Shown: in pieces, positions 39,960 through 40,142 of the stretch
Layout of the letters: each line of letters opens with the position of its first letter
Numbering within the stretch: position 1 is the first letter of the stretch
From: a virus
Length of the DNA: 40,142 bases
Direction: 5' to 3' (one strand)
Virus genome (UHGV): UHGV-0061378
Translations under genes and position numbers: made by a program
The notes under the pieces: generated by a model
Told to the model about the DNA's origin: nothing
Seen by the model: only the letters and a program-made list of their open reading frames with translations
The model's database searches: none

Positions 39960-40142
39960 TTATTGTGTTTATCCCTAAAACCACGTAAAAACCGTAAATT
40001 ATTAAATTCGCACTAGCAGTGCCGAATAAGGCACACCAGGAACTCGTGGTCTTATTCATTATGAAGTGGTTTTTACCTGTTCTCTTAACCAAGTAATAAA
40101 TGCCTCAATTTTTGGCCACTGCCTGCCCGGTAATGTGGTGAT

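Noticed and set aside
39898-40092. 64-aa minus-strand ORF in the att region
   Set aside because: It overlaps the attP core and arm-type repeats and has no SD; the region is better explained as the recombination site.
1-40142. CRISPR arrays, retron or reverse-transcriptase genes, obvious toxin-antitoxin pairs
   Set aside because: No spacer-repeat periodicity and no RT-like ORF were seen; the only regular repeats are the ori iterons and the (CTGGCT)n tract.

Overview
The window reads as one essentially complete, circularly permuted genome (or excised prophage) of a P22-like temperate podovirus with lambdoid mosaic modules, most likely from E. coli or Shigella. All homology calls are from reading the ORF translations and DNA against remembered phage sequences; no database search or composition statistic was run. 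Layout: a P4-family integrase (+) at the left end; then the entire late region on the minus strand (tailspike, immI region ant-arc with mnt on +, ejection proteins gp16/gp20/gp7, gp14, tail needle gp26, gp10, gp4, coat, scaffold, portal, TerL, TerS with pac); a lambda-type lysis cassette (S, R, Rz/Rz1); Q-like late antiterminator; a tightly coupled nin region (NinB, Dam methylase, NinE, NinF, Rha, YbcO-like, RusA, NinH); replication genes (O-like with ori iterons, DnaB-like helicase); cII and cro. On the plus strand follow cI, N and the pL early-left operon (Erf, SSB-like, Abc2-like, Ea22-like and many small ORFs), ending in an AlpA/Xis-like gene and an attP core matching the 3' end of tRNA-Arg. 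The best candidates for undescribed biology are accessory genes in known moron/defence hotspots: a divergent two-gene cassette where P22 carries sieA (4800..6356), a T5orf172/GIY-YIG-like protein between the lysis genes and terminase (20728..21213), and a small polytopic membrane protein directly downstream of cI in the rexAB position (31106..31474). Function is not established for any of them.
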